DNA of 64,000 nucleotides from Glycera tridactyla (taxonomy: Eukaryota): contig OZ286464.1 of NCBI GenBank assembly GCA_965644265.1, positions 88,536,001 to 88,600,000 on the forward strand, given 5' to 3'. Position numbers and translations under genes: made by a program. Positions within the stretch are counted from its first letter, which is position 1; every line of letters begins with the position of its first letter. This document shows, piece after piece, positions 13,812 to 26,284 of this stretch. The notes beneath the pieces were generated by a model that saw nothing but the letters and a program-made list of their open reading frames with translations, did not search any database and was not told where the DNA came from.

Positions 13812-14158
13812 AGGGATACAGTATGATTCATATCAGAGGGATGCAGTATGATTCATATCAGAGGGATACAGTATGATTCATATCAGAGGGATATAGTATG
13901 ATTCATATCAGAGGGATACACTATGATTCATATCAGAGGGATACACTATGATTCATATCAGAGGGATACAGTATGATTCATATCAGAGGGATACAGTATG
14001 ATTCATATCAGAGGGATGCAGTATGATCCATATCAGAGGGATACAGTATGATTCATATCAGAGGGATGCAGTATGATTCATATCAGAGGGATGCAGTATG
14101 ATTCATATCAGAGGGATACAGTATGATTCATATCAGAGGGATACAGTATGATTCATAT
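13812..14158. repeat. 25-bp minisatellite, 14 copies
   Basis: Unit AGGGATACAGTATGATTCATATCAG with single-base variants, counted directly. Confidence 0.97.
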
Positions 14159-15599
14159 TTGAGATGGCAATCATACCATTTGTGCCAATAAATGACCCTC
14201 ACATTCCTTCTTTATACAGTGAAACCTGTCTTGAGAGACCCCTCTTTTGAGAGACCATCCTCTAATGGGAGACCGCTCTTTATTGGCTATTCTCTATTTG
14301 ACATAGTCACATATACCTCCAATGAGAGACCACCTGTCTTGAGAGACCACTTTTTGTTGGCGTTTGGGGCGGTCTCCCAAGACAGGTTTTACTGTACCAA
14401 CACTGAATTTCTTTACGTAGCCCATATTTTGGGTCGGGTGAAATTGAGACATGTGAAAATGTCAAATTCTGTCAGAATGACCTTTGCCTGTATTTGATCA
14501 TCTAAAGAATACAGATTTAGAGCTACCAGTAATCAGAGTTACCAGTAATCAAAGTCAAAATGAGAAAAGAACAAATGGAATTCTGATATTGAATGGTAGT
14601 TATAAGATATACAATTCTGATCATCATACCAAGTACAGGGTTATTGGATGTGTTGGAAACGAATCTCACCAAACATAAAACAGTGAGGCTCTAATTTCCC
14701 ATCCTGAGTTTGACACCGGAAGCAGACACCGCCACCGCTGCTATTCACAATGCAGAATTCATGTTTTGCAGTATTGCATCGCCAGCAATCGAATATGGCT
14801 TAATTGTCATCTTCAGCGAAGCATTGCGCTGGTCGCTGACACCAGATCGCACATTTGTGAGTGGCTCACTGATAAATGAGAAGTGTCAATATGCTCAATG
14901 TGCTCACCAAGATCAGGTTCCCAATCAACTCTCTCACACTTGCATCGGTTTCCAGTGAGTAGAGGTCTCTGAAACCACCTCTCGTTCTAGCTGGAAGTGA
15001 AACTCTCTAGTGTTGAAGTCTAGATTTTCATGTACACAGCATTCTGATTATTCCCAGTGGTGGTCATCAGCTTCTGATATATTTGATGTACAGTGAAACC
15101 TGCGATGAGAGACCAACTCTGACATGAGACCAGATCCCCAGGTTAGTTTCTTTATTGGACATAGTCAAATTTCCCCCATGAAAGACTGCCTCTTTTGAAG
15201 GACGCTTTTTTGTGACAATTAGGGCGGTTTATCTATCATCAAAGGTTTCACTGTATTTCTACTTGAGCTGGCACCTATTCCCACAAACTAGGCAAGAAAT
15301 GGAACCAAATTCACTCTCTAACTACCATATTTTGGATGTTAGGACCCAGCAGCCCCTGATATTTTGAGAGGTTGTAATTGACAGCTTGCCAAGATTTGGC
15401 ACTCTACAAAGGATATCAACTTTAAGGCCATCTGGCTCCAAAATATCTTGGCAAAGATAGAGCACTTCCTGGCCCATCAGATTATCATGAAATTGCCAGG
15501 CGGCAGAAGTGGTCATGATTATATTGACGTTGATGGTGTGATGACAGTGGCAAATTCCAGCCAACATTAGCACAAATGATAACAAACAGTAGAGACAGC

Positions 15600-17300
15600 A
15601 CACCTACCCATCCCTACCCCCACTCACCTATGCACAAACACACCCACCCACCTAGCTACCCACCTATCCTGACACACCACCTACCCACTCACCCACCTAA
15701 TTACTCACCCACCTACCTACCTACCCCTACCATCCCTACCCCCACCCACCTACCCACGAACCCAGTCACCCACCCAACTACCTACCCTAACACTCTCCTC
15801 CATCTACATATCCACCCACCCAACTACCCACCCACCTACCCAACTAGTTGCCCACACATTCACCCATCCACCAACCTACCCACGCTCCCACCTACCTACC
15901 CACTTATCCAATAGCCATCCACTCATCTACCCACTGATGTACACATCCACCTACCCATCCTCTCACCCACCCATCAACACCCCCCCCCCCAATGCACCAT
16001 CCTACCTACCCACCCACCCACTCACCCACCTACCCACCCATCCACCTAACTTGAAACCCACCTATGCACCCACCTACCCACCCTCTACCCAACCCGTACC
16101 CTTTCAGCCACCTACCCACACACCACCCACCTACCCATCTATCCACCCACCTACTTACCCACCAATCGACCCACCTACCCATCCAATCAACCCACACCAT
16201 TACCCACCCAACTTGAAACCCACCCATCCACCCCTACCCATTCACCCACTCTCCTACCCATCTATCCACCACCTACTTACCCACCCAACTACCCACCCAC
16301 CCACCTACCAATCCACCCAACTAAATACCCAACACCTACCCATCCCTACCATCCCAACCCCCACCCACCTACCCACAAACACACCAGTTACTTACTTGTG
16401 ATGGTTTTTTCGGGATCAGTCCTGCAGTGGCCATGGGTGGCCGCCTCTCATGGAAGATGCTTCGATTTCTTCCTCCCATCTGGCATGAGATGGGGCTGCA
16501 CGTAGACTTGCCATATCCACAAGACAGTTCATCTCTGCTATCCTTTGGGCAATGTAGCCTTGTAGTTGTGGTTCATCTGGTACAGATTTTAGATATCTAT
16601 CCAGTTCTGCCTTCATCTGGTCTACCGTACAGATGGTCAGGTTTCGGATTCCAGCAGGAAGGATGTTGAATAGCCAAGGTAGGACGTTGGACAGCAAGGC
16701 TGGCATGTCTCTGATTGTATACGTGGGCCGGTGCATTTCGGCTGACGTGAGGGACAATACATGTACGACCTCATCTGATATGCTGGGTGAGCTAGATCCC
16801 TCTTTCAGTGTCAGCACTGAAATTTGGTACCTGTCCTTCCAGGATTCGCCATGTGTATATTATGCAATATCTTTCTTGCCGTCACTGTAGAGAGTACAAG
16901 CCAAGTTTTGGTAGCTGTTCCAAGTAGTCTAAGTGCTGGATTCCATCGATCTCCCTGATGAATGATTTCTGGACTTGCTCCAGAGCTTGGATATCGCCCT
17001 TTGCAGCAGGTGTCAACATATGGTTGGCCTTTCTGGACCCACCTACTCACCCACCTACCCACTCACCTCCCCACCCACCCAACCCGAAACCAACCTATGC
17101 ACCCACCTACTCACCCCCTACCCCTTCACCCACCAAGCCACAGACCCACCCACCTACCCATCCATCCACCCACCCACCTACCCATCCATCTACTTACCCA
17201 CTCACCTACCCACCCACCCACTCAACTACTTACCTTCCTACCCACCCTCTACCCATAAACCCTCCCCTAACCCACCCACCCACCCAGAAACACACACACA
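15600..17300. repeat. ACCC/CCTA low-complexity tract, split by the LINE at 16388-17036
   Basis: Seen directly. A short continuation follows at 18041-18067. Confidence 0.92.
16388..17036 (-). mobile_element. 3' end of a CR1/L2-group LINE
   Basis: Translates KGDIQALEQVQKSFIREIDGIQHLDYLEQLPKLGLYSLQ*RQERYCIIYTWRILEGQVPNF and WLFNILPAGIRNLT...LDRYLKSVPDEPQLQGY. Short (AAGT)n tail at 16388-16397. Confidence 0.85.
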
Positions 17301-17304
17301 CTGC

Positions 17305-18040
17305 TGGGACGAAACACGATAATCACGAAACGAAACATTTCTAGAAACACTTCTCACAAAACGGATAACGAAACAAAACACGATTCGTCCCTCCTTAGGA
17401 ATCTGCGCAAACCGCCTGTGGCTTCGTATTATGGCCACCGCTAATATTGAATATTAATGCGCCCGCCAAAAGTTCGTCAAATCACCCTTATTCGAGCTGT
17501 CCACCACAATTCCACCACAATTCATGAAACACTGTATTCTTGCATCATATTAAAGGCCGATCTGCTTATATTTCACCGGATAAACGTCTAATAGAGACGC
17601 GATTCGCAATTTATCAGCATGACTATAGGCAGGAAACACCCTCATTTGCATAATTTATGTCAAATACGAGCTATTTTTAGATCACGCGATGACAGCATCC
17701 CATTACCAGATTTCCAACAACCCCTGTCTGGCTTCCGATTTTTCCTCTAAATAATGTTTGAGCACTGCGATCTCTCGGGGAATATAGTTTGTTGTAGGAG
17801 GAGACAAGGTGGCCATTGTCGGACAAAATAATCATTTACACCGTGATATTCGTGAGTTTTTTGACCAGATTAGTCGCATTTGACTGCAATTTTCACTTGC
17901 ATATTTTCACTTGCATATTTATTGCCATTTGTGCACACTCAGCCGTGTTTCGTTGTATTTCGAAATCCTCTTCTTGCTTTCGAAACGATTGTTTTGCTGG
18001 TAAAATATCGGTATTACCGGAATTTCGGCAAATCGTCCCA
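17305..18040. mobile_element. Putative non-autonomous DNA transposon, CpG-rich
   Basis: 8-bp TIR TGGGACGA/TCGTCCCA and inverted subterminal CGAAAC clusters at both ends. The same ACCC-rich simple repeat lies on both sides. No TSD found. Confidence 0.45.
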
Positions 18041-18067
18041 TCCCTACACACACCTACCCACACACCT

Positions 18068-18250
18068 CAGGGCTCTACGTTACTACCTGTGAGTAGCCAA
18101 TGGCTACCAAAGTTACCCTTTGGCTACCATATTTTGAAAGTTAGGAGCCAGCTGCGCCTAACATTTTGAGAGGTTGTAATTGGCGATGTATTGATTGGCT
18201 ACCAAATATTTTAACATAAGAGCCAGGTGGCTTCTAAATATAGAGCCGTG
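18068..18250. mobile_element. MITE with CAGGGCTCTA...TAGAGCC(G)TG termini
   Basis: Imperfect TIRs. Related sequence at ~5497-5690 and ~15320-15420 shares GCTACCATATTT and GAGAGGTTGTAATTG. Confidence 0.65.
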
Positions 18251-19179
18251 CACCCACACTCTCATATGTTCAACTCCTGGCTCCTGACCATTTCAGGCCT
18301 ACAGGCCTAGTTTAGTGGATGATGACAAAGGTAAAGGGTTGATTTTGTTGCCTCTAACTAGATGTAGCCCTCTGCTTTGAAATTGACACCAACCTTGTTA
18401 ATCTTCTCACCTCTAACTTGAGACGATTCCCTGCTTTGAAATTTACACAACCTATATAGATCCAAGATGGCAGCCTTTATGACCTGACCTTGTCTGGTAA
18501 CCAACTTTGGCTGCTGGAGGCCACAATTTGGAAAAAATTAATGACCTTTTTTGCTCTCAATAACCTTAAAATTCATGAGCTACCATCCAGCGATCTGAGC
18601 ACACACTTAATCACCAGTGAACATTCCACCATGTTCATGTGGAGTTTTTCGAGGTGTGACTGAACAGTCAGCCACATCCACTTAGCAACGACTCTGGCTT
18701 CCATCATCTCGTGTCCAGGGTTTATGAGAGTGATGCCTGCAGAGGGGTGAGTACATCAAACTTTCACAGATCAAGAGCACATGATATAGATAATCGTTTG
18801 AGTTGATAGAGGTTGTTAAACTCTAACGATTCAATCAATCAACCCTTCGAGATCACCATCATGATCATTGCTGGTAAATATACCGATCCAATCAGAAAAG
18901 GTCATGAAGCTCCAATCTTGAGAAAACTAATAAGATATCTGGAGTGTCATATTAATTCAAACTTACCTTAATAATTCAAGCTGTACAGGCGTTGAATGTG
19001 CAAATACCGTCGTTGAAACTGAAAGAAGCAATCCACGTACAGATCAGAGGGTGGTCGAGTCATAAAACATTCCGATAAAACAGATATCTGATGATTTCAA
19101 AATAGAACGGCCTGACAGACAAGGCGCCTCTGAGAGAGTATGTGTCACTCGGTTTATCCTGGGCGCTCGCAAGATTAAA

Positions 19180-19450
19180 GAACTGCGTGTGGCTGAGCGC
19201 ATATGTATGAGTAGGGGTCCCCGATATCGATCAGGGCCTCGGTTGTAATGAAGACGACAGGAAGTGAGCGTCAGCCAAGCCGGAAGTGAGCAGCAGCGGT
19301 GGAGATGCACACCCCGCCAAAAAGTGGCTCCTTTCAGTGGAAGTTTGACCACGTGGCCCCGCTCTGTGGAAGCCTGTGAAGGCGCGAAGCCACTAGTCTG
19401 GAGCGACGTCTGCAGGAATCTCACAGAAGGGCCAATGCGAGATTTCTGGG
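19180..19450. promoter_or_regulatory. Candidate housekeeping-type promoter
   Basis: Local GC/CpG rise. Tandem ETS/GABP sites CAGGAAGTG (19258-19266) and CCGGAAGTG (19280-19288), E-box CACGTG (19350-19355) and GCCAAT (19431-19436). A perfect minus-strand donor AG|GTAAGT lies at 18961-18968. Confidence 0.5.
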
Positions 19451-19617
19451 AGACACTTCACCACAGGGGTGCACTCTGTAAAAATTATTCTCACCTGTAA
19501 AATTATGTCAAGAACTTGAGTTCACACGTAGGTGGTCTTGGCAGCGATGTAGGGCAATCGCCGACTTACTAGCTGAGCCTGAGGGTAATGGTGCGTAAAT
19601 GGTGTGTTGCATGACCC

Positions 19618-19789
19618 TGATTCATTCATTCATTCATTCATTCATTCATTCATCCATCCATTCATTCAAGCTCCCAATCAGTCACTCAATCAATCAGTCA
19701 ATCACGATTGATCTTTTGACCAATCGCAATCGATCAATCGCAACCAAGCAATCACAATCGACTAACAGCACAATCAATCAGTCAATCAT

Positions 19790-19821
<32 letters not shown>

Positions 19822-19960
19822 TATCGCAACCAATCAGTCCAACAATCACAATTAACTATCAGTGCATTCAACCGACTAATGACCGACATTCAACAATCAA
19901 CCAACAACCAACCTATCAACCAATTGATCCACAACCAATCAATCATACAATAGTCACCCT
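19618..19960. repeat. (TTCA)n/(TCAA)n simple repeat
   Basis: Seen directly. Confidence 0.92.
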
Positions 19961-20699
19961 ATTAATCATTTAGATGAATTCAGTGGCAGCTTCAAGTCAA
20001 AGGGGCACCAGTGAAAGTGTCAGGCATCTATAGCATCCGGATAATTGGTCATCAGTGAAATAAGGGGTCGGTTGTTGGGTTGGTTGGTTGATAGGTTGGT
20101 TAGTATTTACTTGGTTGGTTGGTTTGACGGCATGGGTGGACCCAGAGAATTCTATGACTTGTGTGTTCCTAATTCATGAATGTAATATACACATTTAGGT
20201 GTCATGGTCAACCGTGCAACCTGCTGTAGGCTGACACCCTAGTCCAAAGCATTGCTTTGCTCGAGGCGCAGGGGCAATTGATAATTGATACAAACAAGAA
20301 CTGCTCGCAGATGGACTTGACCTCATTGATATCGTATAGAATCCCCAGGGAAGTTTCAATCAGCGGTAAAATTCAGAGAGGCATATACATACAGTCAAAC
20401 CTGCTCGAGAGCCACCTCTCTATGAAGACCACCTGCCAACAAAGGTCACCCTGAGCTGCAACCGCTGAGGTATTATCTACAGTAGATGGCCACTTTATAA
20501 AGGTCACTCTTTTATGCGACGAAAGGTGGCCTTTATAGGCAGGCTCAACTGTAATGGCTTGGAAATGCTGAGCCACCCACCCCTCGTGAACATAGCTCCC
20601 TGTTGCAAAGGGCATATATTTGAAACCAGACATTTTGATTTGATTTGAAAATAGATCAAGGGTGGGGGTCAAATACACTACCCCCCCCCCCCCCCCCCT

Positions 20700-21515
20700 C
20701 GAGAACAAATATGTATTGTGTTAGTAAGGTTTGAACCGTAATCCACACACTGAGTGAAGCACACTTACGGTAGCTTTCAATCTGTATCCTCGGACCTTTC
20801 TCAACCAACTGATCGTCGGGAGCGGGAGATTGAGGAATATCAGTCATGTGTTTCAATCTCCGACGAGATCGACCCACGTGACCGAAACAGCTGCTTGTTG
20901 ATAGCCGGTAGTTGGTGTCTGCCCTTGTCCCTGTTGAGTGCTGTGTCGTTGATGTGGATATGCACAGCTTCTCGTACTCCATGTTCGAACCAGTTGTTAT
21001 CTTTGTCCAGAACACGTACATTGTCCCAGTCAATTTGGTGTTTGTGTTGAGTGGCATGTTCTATGACTGGAGAAGAGATGGTTTGATGTTCGTTGATACG
21101 TGTTTTTAGGCCTCGTGCTGTTTCACCCACATAGTTGGCAGAACAGACCTTGCACAAGATCTCATGGGCAGTTCCACAGCAGTCTAGTTTCGATGCCTCA
21201 ATCTCTGAAGATTTTATGCAGTTTTTTGTCTTCGACTTCAGATAGAGGGCCTATGTAGGGAAGAGTGACCCTACCGTGTGTGTTGGTGGTGGATTTGTCC
21301 CTATTTCATATCCTCTTCTCACCTGGAGGTTGGTGAGTCTATCTCAAGGCCCAGTTCTTGTAGACACACGTGCTGAGGGCTTCAATTTCCTGGTTTTTGC
21401 CCCTGTCCTCTGTAACGACGGTGTGTGCCCTGTGCATACCACTCCTAGCATGTGTTGAAGTGGGTAGTTCGACGTAAAGCACAGATACTGGTCTGTATGG
21501 GTCGGTTTCCGGAAT
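20700..21515 (-). mobile_element. Penelope-like element fragment (RT thumb plus GIY-YIG endonuclease plus 3' tail)
   Basis: FRKPTHTDQYLCFTSNYPLQH (21.4-21.5 kb), degenerate VTLPYI, and CKVCSANYVGETARGLKTRINEH...REAVHI...LNRDKGRHQLP (20840-21157). Confidence 0.9.
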
Positions 21516-22511
21516 ATGGTGAGTACGTATTGCAATAATACAACATAAGTACAAAATGATACAAATTAAATATACATGGAGCATAAAACAGGAAAGGACG
21601 ATAAATGACACCAACTAATGACGACAGAGCAACTGACAAATAAAATGCGTCCAATGGAAGAAGCAAAAGTACAGGGTTGAGACATGCACTTGCTTAGTGC
21701 AGGTTGATTGAAGTGAAACTCCAGCAGGATGAATAGAGCATGGTTACTTAAGAGAGACGTTTGCTAAGTACAGTACATGCTTAGGACAGATTTTACTGTA
21801 GTCGGAAATAGAATCTTCTTAAAATCCCATCAGAGTAAAGACAAAATAGAAGGTATAGTCTTTTCGCTGCACTCACAGCAATATCGAATTTATTCTTAAA
21901 AGCTTTAAGGATGCTATCCGGTGCCTTTCAACTGATGGCAAATGTAAAGTGGCAGTACAGCATCATCACATGACCTTGCTGTTGGGTCTGAATCATGTGA
22001 CATTTGTAGGACCTCCTGATGTATTGGCGGGACAGTGTGCAAGCCGTAAAACCATATTTTCCACACTAGCGTGGATGCTCTTTTCGATAGTTTTATCTAC
22101 CGTCAAAACGATTCTGTCCAGCATGGAAGTTGAGTGATTAAGTCATTAAAGCAACCTGGACCTCAAATCGTCTCATTTTTGTGCCGATAATTGAACAAGT
22201 GAGCTCTTTCAAATACTGTAACAGCTCATCCGAAATATGTCCATCATATCCATACAATTTGGGACTCGCAATAGTAATATGATCTATTTCACTCGATCTC
22301 CTTGCATCATTGCATTTATACCACCGATAAATGATGTACGGGCAGTTTTCTGCCCCATGCTGAGTGAAAGAAAGATGGTCTCCATGTAGAAATCGCAATA
22401 AAATGACAGATACTCGCCAAAGAGCTAATTCAACTCTTCATTGTACGGCTTGGCACTTATGTTTCAAGAACACTCCGTCCAACCCTCGTATATAGTATTA
22501 CTATAAGTAAC

Positions 22512-23100
22512 TTGAATTGAATTGAACTTTATTTTTTAACTCTCCCAGGGGGAATGCGAGAAAATATATCGCCCCCTCTTCGAGTACAAATAGCATATAC
22601 ATTCATAGATTGCAAGACAGTAGCACATACACAATAAGACAACAGTATAACAGATAAATACAATTTCGTTACTATCCGTAAAGAATCTTTTCAAGTGGAT
22701 ACTTACCTTTAGTATAGATCGTTAGGTTCCCGATTAGGCTATTGAGACGCATTACCAAGGTCATTGGTCCTCTTGTCTTCTGGCAGAAGAATTTCAGCCT
22801 TCCTTGTAATACTTTGGTGCTATGCTTGGATAGTAGACTGAATAGCTGTAGTTGTAGTGATCAGGATGGTGTGCCCATACCTAGGCTGAGATGGTCTTGA
22901 AGGCATTCACCGTAATGTAATGGTTCCTGGTTGATGCTGAGTCTGGAGCCTGAGACTATGGCCCCTTGTAGTGGTTCCAAGAGATGGCTTCGGCATGCTG
23001 TCACCACATATATGTGCATCTCCACACAGATGGGTACCAAAGTGTGACATGATGGGCGAATTTCACAATCCATGATACAATTGTTTTCGATATATAGAAT
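22512..23100 (-). mobile_element. Possible degenerate LINE 3' end
   Basis: On the minus strand, AATAAAA is followed by a (TTCAA)n tail at 22512-22535. The upstream frame is largely open but has no recognised motif. Confidence 0.35.
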
Positions 23101-25728
23101 GATCGCCTAATAGCTTGAATTTGTCATTCAGTTATGGAAAAGATAACTAAATGAACCACTCTGGCGTGGGATAGCTTTACCTTGACCATGTAGGAACATA
23201 ACGTATGTTATCTTTGACATGGAAGATCTGATAAAATCACTTTGTTTGAATAGAATAAATAACTTTTTTGATATATATCATAATGAACAAGACCGTGCGT
23301 GCTTTCATAGTCAATCTTATGAGTATGACACCATTCTGTCACATGTTTATGATGATATACATAATGCATTTTCTGACGTCAATTTTTGACACATTTTGAA
23401 GTTTCATTACGAGAATAGATTGTGAAATAGCCATGCATTTTCTGCATCATTTCAGAGTATACTTGACAAGCTTCTTTCACAGAAAGTAACATAACTGATG
23501 GGAACCACTTCTGTCACCACATAAGTGGCTTTTACATGACATATGTTATTATGGACATGTCAATCATAACGTCTGTTATGAAGGTCATGAAATTACTACT
23601 TCTCACTTTCAATAAAGATTCAGTAGGGTCTGTGTCATACAAGGTGGGTCTAGTTATCAATAATTTCCCATCATTAGTCTGGCTCACTCTATTAGATTTT
23701 ACATGATAAGAATTCTCCAAACAGACGTTATGTTGGACAGTCAATAATAACGCCTGTTATGTCCAAAGGCATATAGCCAGTCTTTCAGTCATATAAATAT
23801 CACTAATTGTGCCTGTATCGATATAGCATAACTGAAAATAGTGAACTGGGATGTTTCTTGAATTGCAGTACTGCAGCTTATCATGGATAGGGATTTTTGT
23901 AACAGGTGTGACATTGACCACATTGCAAAGATGTCCTGTCATAACCTATGTTACTAAATATTATAATTGTCATGTTTGAATGACTCCACAAAGGACTTCA
24001 AGCCATCAATGTTCTCACCAGGTCGAGCTGCATTCATCATAAGAGAATATGACAATTTAATACTGATAGGACTGCTCAAAGGGTATACATTCATAACAGA
24101 CGTTATTTTGACCAGCTGTCCATGAGTAACACCTGTTACATAGAAGTACCATAATGACTCCAATATTAGGAATAGGTATGAGGTCCTTCAATCCCTGTCA
24201 AGCGTTTCTCAATGCCTGTCATTTATGGTGTATTACTGAATGAAAATCATTGTATTTCTGACAAAATGTCATATCTGGGGTAACAGACGTTACTCAGCGT
24301 AACAGGTGTTATGCTATACAGGAGCCATTGACGGAAAATTTATGTCAGTTTTGAATACACTCTCATTACCATGTTTACCATGTTTGTGCCAGGGTAGTAT
24401 CATTTTTGGGCACATATAGAAGTAAGCTATCAATAGTTGCCACTGCATAATATTCATACAAACTGCCACAAGACTGCAGGCCTTACTTTGAATCGATCTA
24501 TAACAGACGTTATGCTTGAAAAATTGATGGAAATCTATCTCATCCCATTTGACATGGAGTATGAATACTGTGGTATCCTGAATCGTCCTGTGGATTTATG
24601 ACCATGTCGACAGGCATAATATGGACGATTCCTGTCCATATCCTTACCAGATTATGATCGGAATCCTATCTGACAGCTGTACCGACATATCAAATTGTTT
24701 GACGGAATGTCATAACGTCCGTTATGCTTGATTATTTTGATCTAATTTAACCACAAAGTGTAATTTTCAGATAAAACAATATATCTATTCTGTAGTAAAT
24801 GTACCAAGTGTAATTCAGATGATTCAGAATATCTTTATTGTCCAGGGGGCTGGGTCCTGATATCCTGAAATTAGGGTGTCTGGTATGTCACACCTTTGAT
24901 GCCTGAAGATGGACCCTTTTCAAGAGAAGAAATAGTATTTATCTCCAAATATCCATGACATCATCATGAAACTATCTCTGTTATCTCCCATGTAGATAAG
25001 TAGACCAGTTGGAAAATGAGCTTTGCATATTGGACCCATTAGTGTGGAACCGCACATAACAGTTTCGGTCAGATGTTATGTCATCCTGCATGCAAGGCGA
25101 TATACAGCAGTCTATTTTTAAGGATGCCTGCCTTGCAGGCATCCTTCTTCTTACCACTCTCGTTTGGGACTGCAGTTTAGATGACAAAAAATGGAACAAA
25201 TTTCAACATTTTTTTTGGGTAGTAGATTTGAAAGTGATAAACTGCTCCGATTTCCATGAAATCTTGTATGGTTGTTGTTTCCAGTTTTGATAGCTTGTCC
25301 ATGGGCTGTACTAGATGGCTCCGGATTGTTTCGGTGGTAGGTTTTACGCAGTCATAGATTTACTTGAAATTGACTACCATAGCTGCATATGCTGTCTAGA
25401 GGATCACCATGATCATGTTAGATAGTTAGATGTGTGCATCGAAACTGTCAGCCACTCCCACTTGACAACCTTCCAGGTTCCCCATCATCTTGTGTTAAGG
25501 GTTTGTATAAGTCTTTCATTGTGTAGCTTTCATTGACCAGAAACACGCGGGATACATAATCCTCTGAGTTTATACATGCCGTTAGATCTCAACCAAACCA
25601 AACCACGTATTTTCGTGCAAATGCCACTTTCACAAGTTTTCTTTAACGATTCATTCCTCATGACTGCCGTACGGGATATCATTTCAACAGTTCGTTCAGA
25701 TGTTCTGAGACTTGATCATAATCATGTC

Positions 25729-25790
25729 GCATCATCTGTCTTCTGATTTCTAAAGCATATACGCTTTAGAAATCAGAAGACAGATGATGC
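25729..25790. repeat. Perfect 28-bp inverted repeat with 6-nt loop
   Basis: GCATCATCTGTCTTCTGATTTCTAAAGC-ATATAC-GCTTTAGAAATCAGAAGACAGATGATGC. Confidence 0.95.
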
Positions 25791-26175
25791 AATTGATTCT
25801 CTGTTCTGTCAGTAGGGAGAAGATTCGTTCCAATATTGCGATGATTCTCCTTCCGATTAACATGAAGTGACCAGTGAATCCGCGACAATTCCAATGACAT
25901 TAGGTATGTGGATATATCCTATTTTATTGAGTTGGGCTCTGGCTGGTTTGCATGGGAGGATGGTTGGTCGACCCATCAGTACACTATTATGAGAGGCAAT
26001 TCCAATGCTTTTCAAATGTTAAATGATCAACCTCGTGTCTTATCGTGCCATCTGCTTTCATATGTTTGGTCATAAGAAATATTATCATCTCGTCATCATT
26101 GAGCTCTAACTAGAGCGATACCATGCACAAGTGTTTTCCTTTCATTCACCTCTCCTTTGATATTTTCATCAAGAA

Positions 26176-26240
26176 CAAGAAGCTGTCACAGACAGTGTAT
26201 CCCTCGCCATGGGTGCTTTTTCACAAAGGGCAATAACTCG

Positions 26241-26284
<44 letters not shown>

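Noticed and set aside
12848-14990. Exon-like minus-strand segments 14908-14990, 13653-13732 and 12848-12978 with plausible splice sites and open frames
   Set aside because: No recognisable homology, phases do not chain consistently, and equally plausible plus-strand readings exist. Kept only as candidates under the promoter finding.
21880-22420. Possible decayed coding remnant (86-aa ORF 22138-22398 and adjacent frames)
   Set aside because: I could not assign it to any family and it has several stops.
23198-24725. Integron attC interpretation of the TAAC...GTTA dyads
   Set aside because: The arms are only 4 nt apart rather than bounding a long imperfect hairpin, there are no cassette ORFs or integrase, and the context is eukaryotic.
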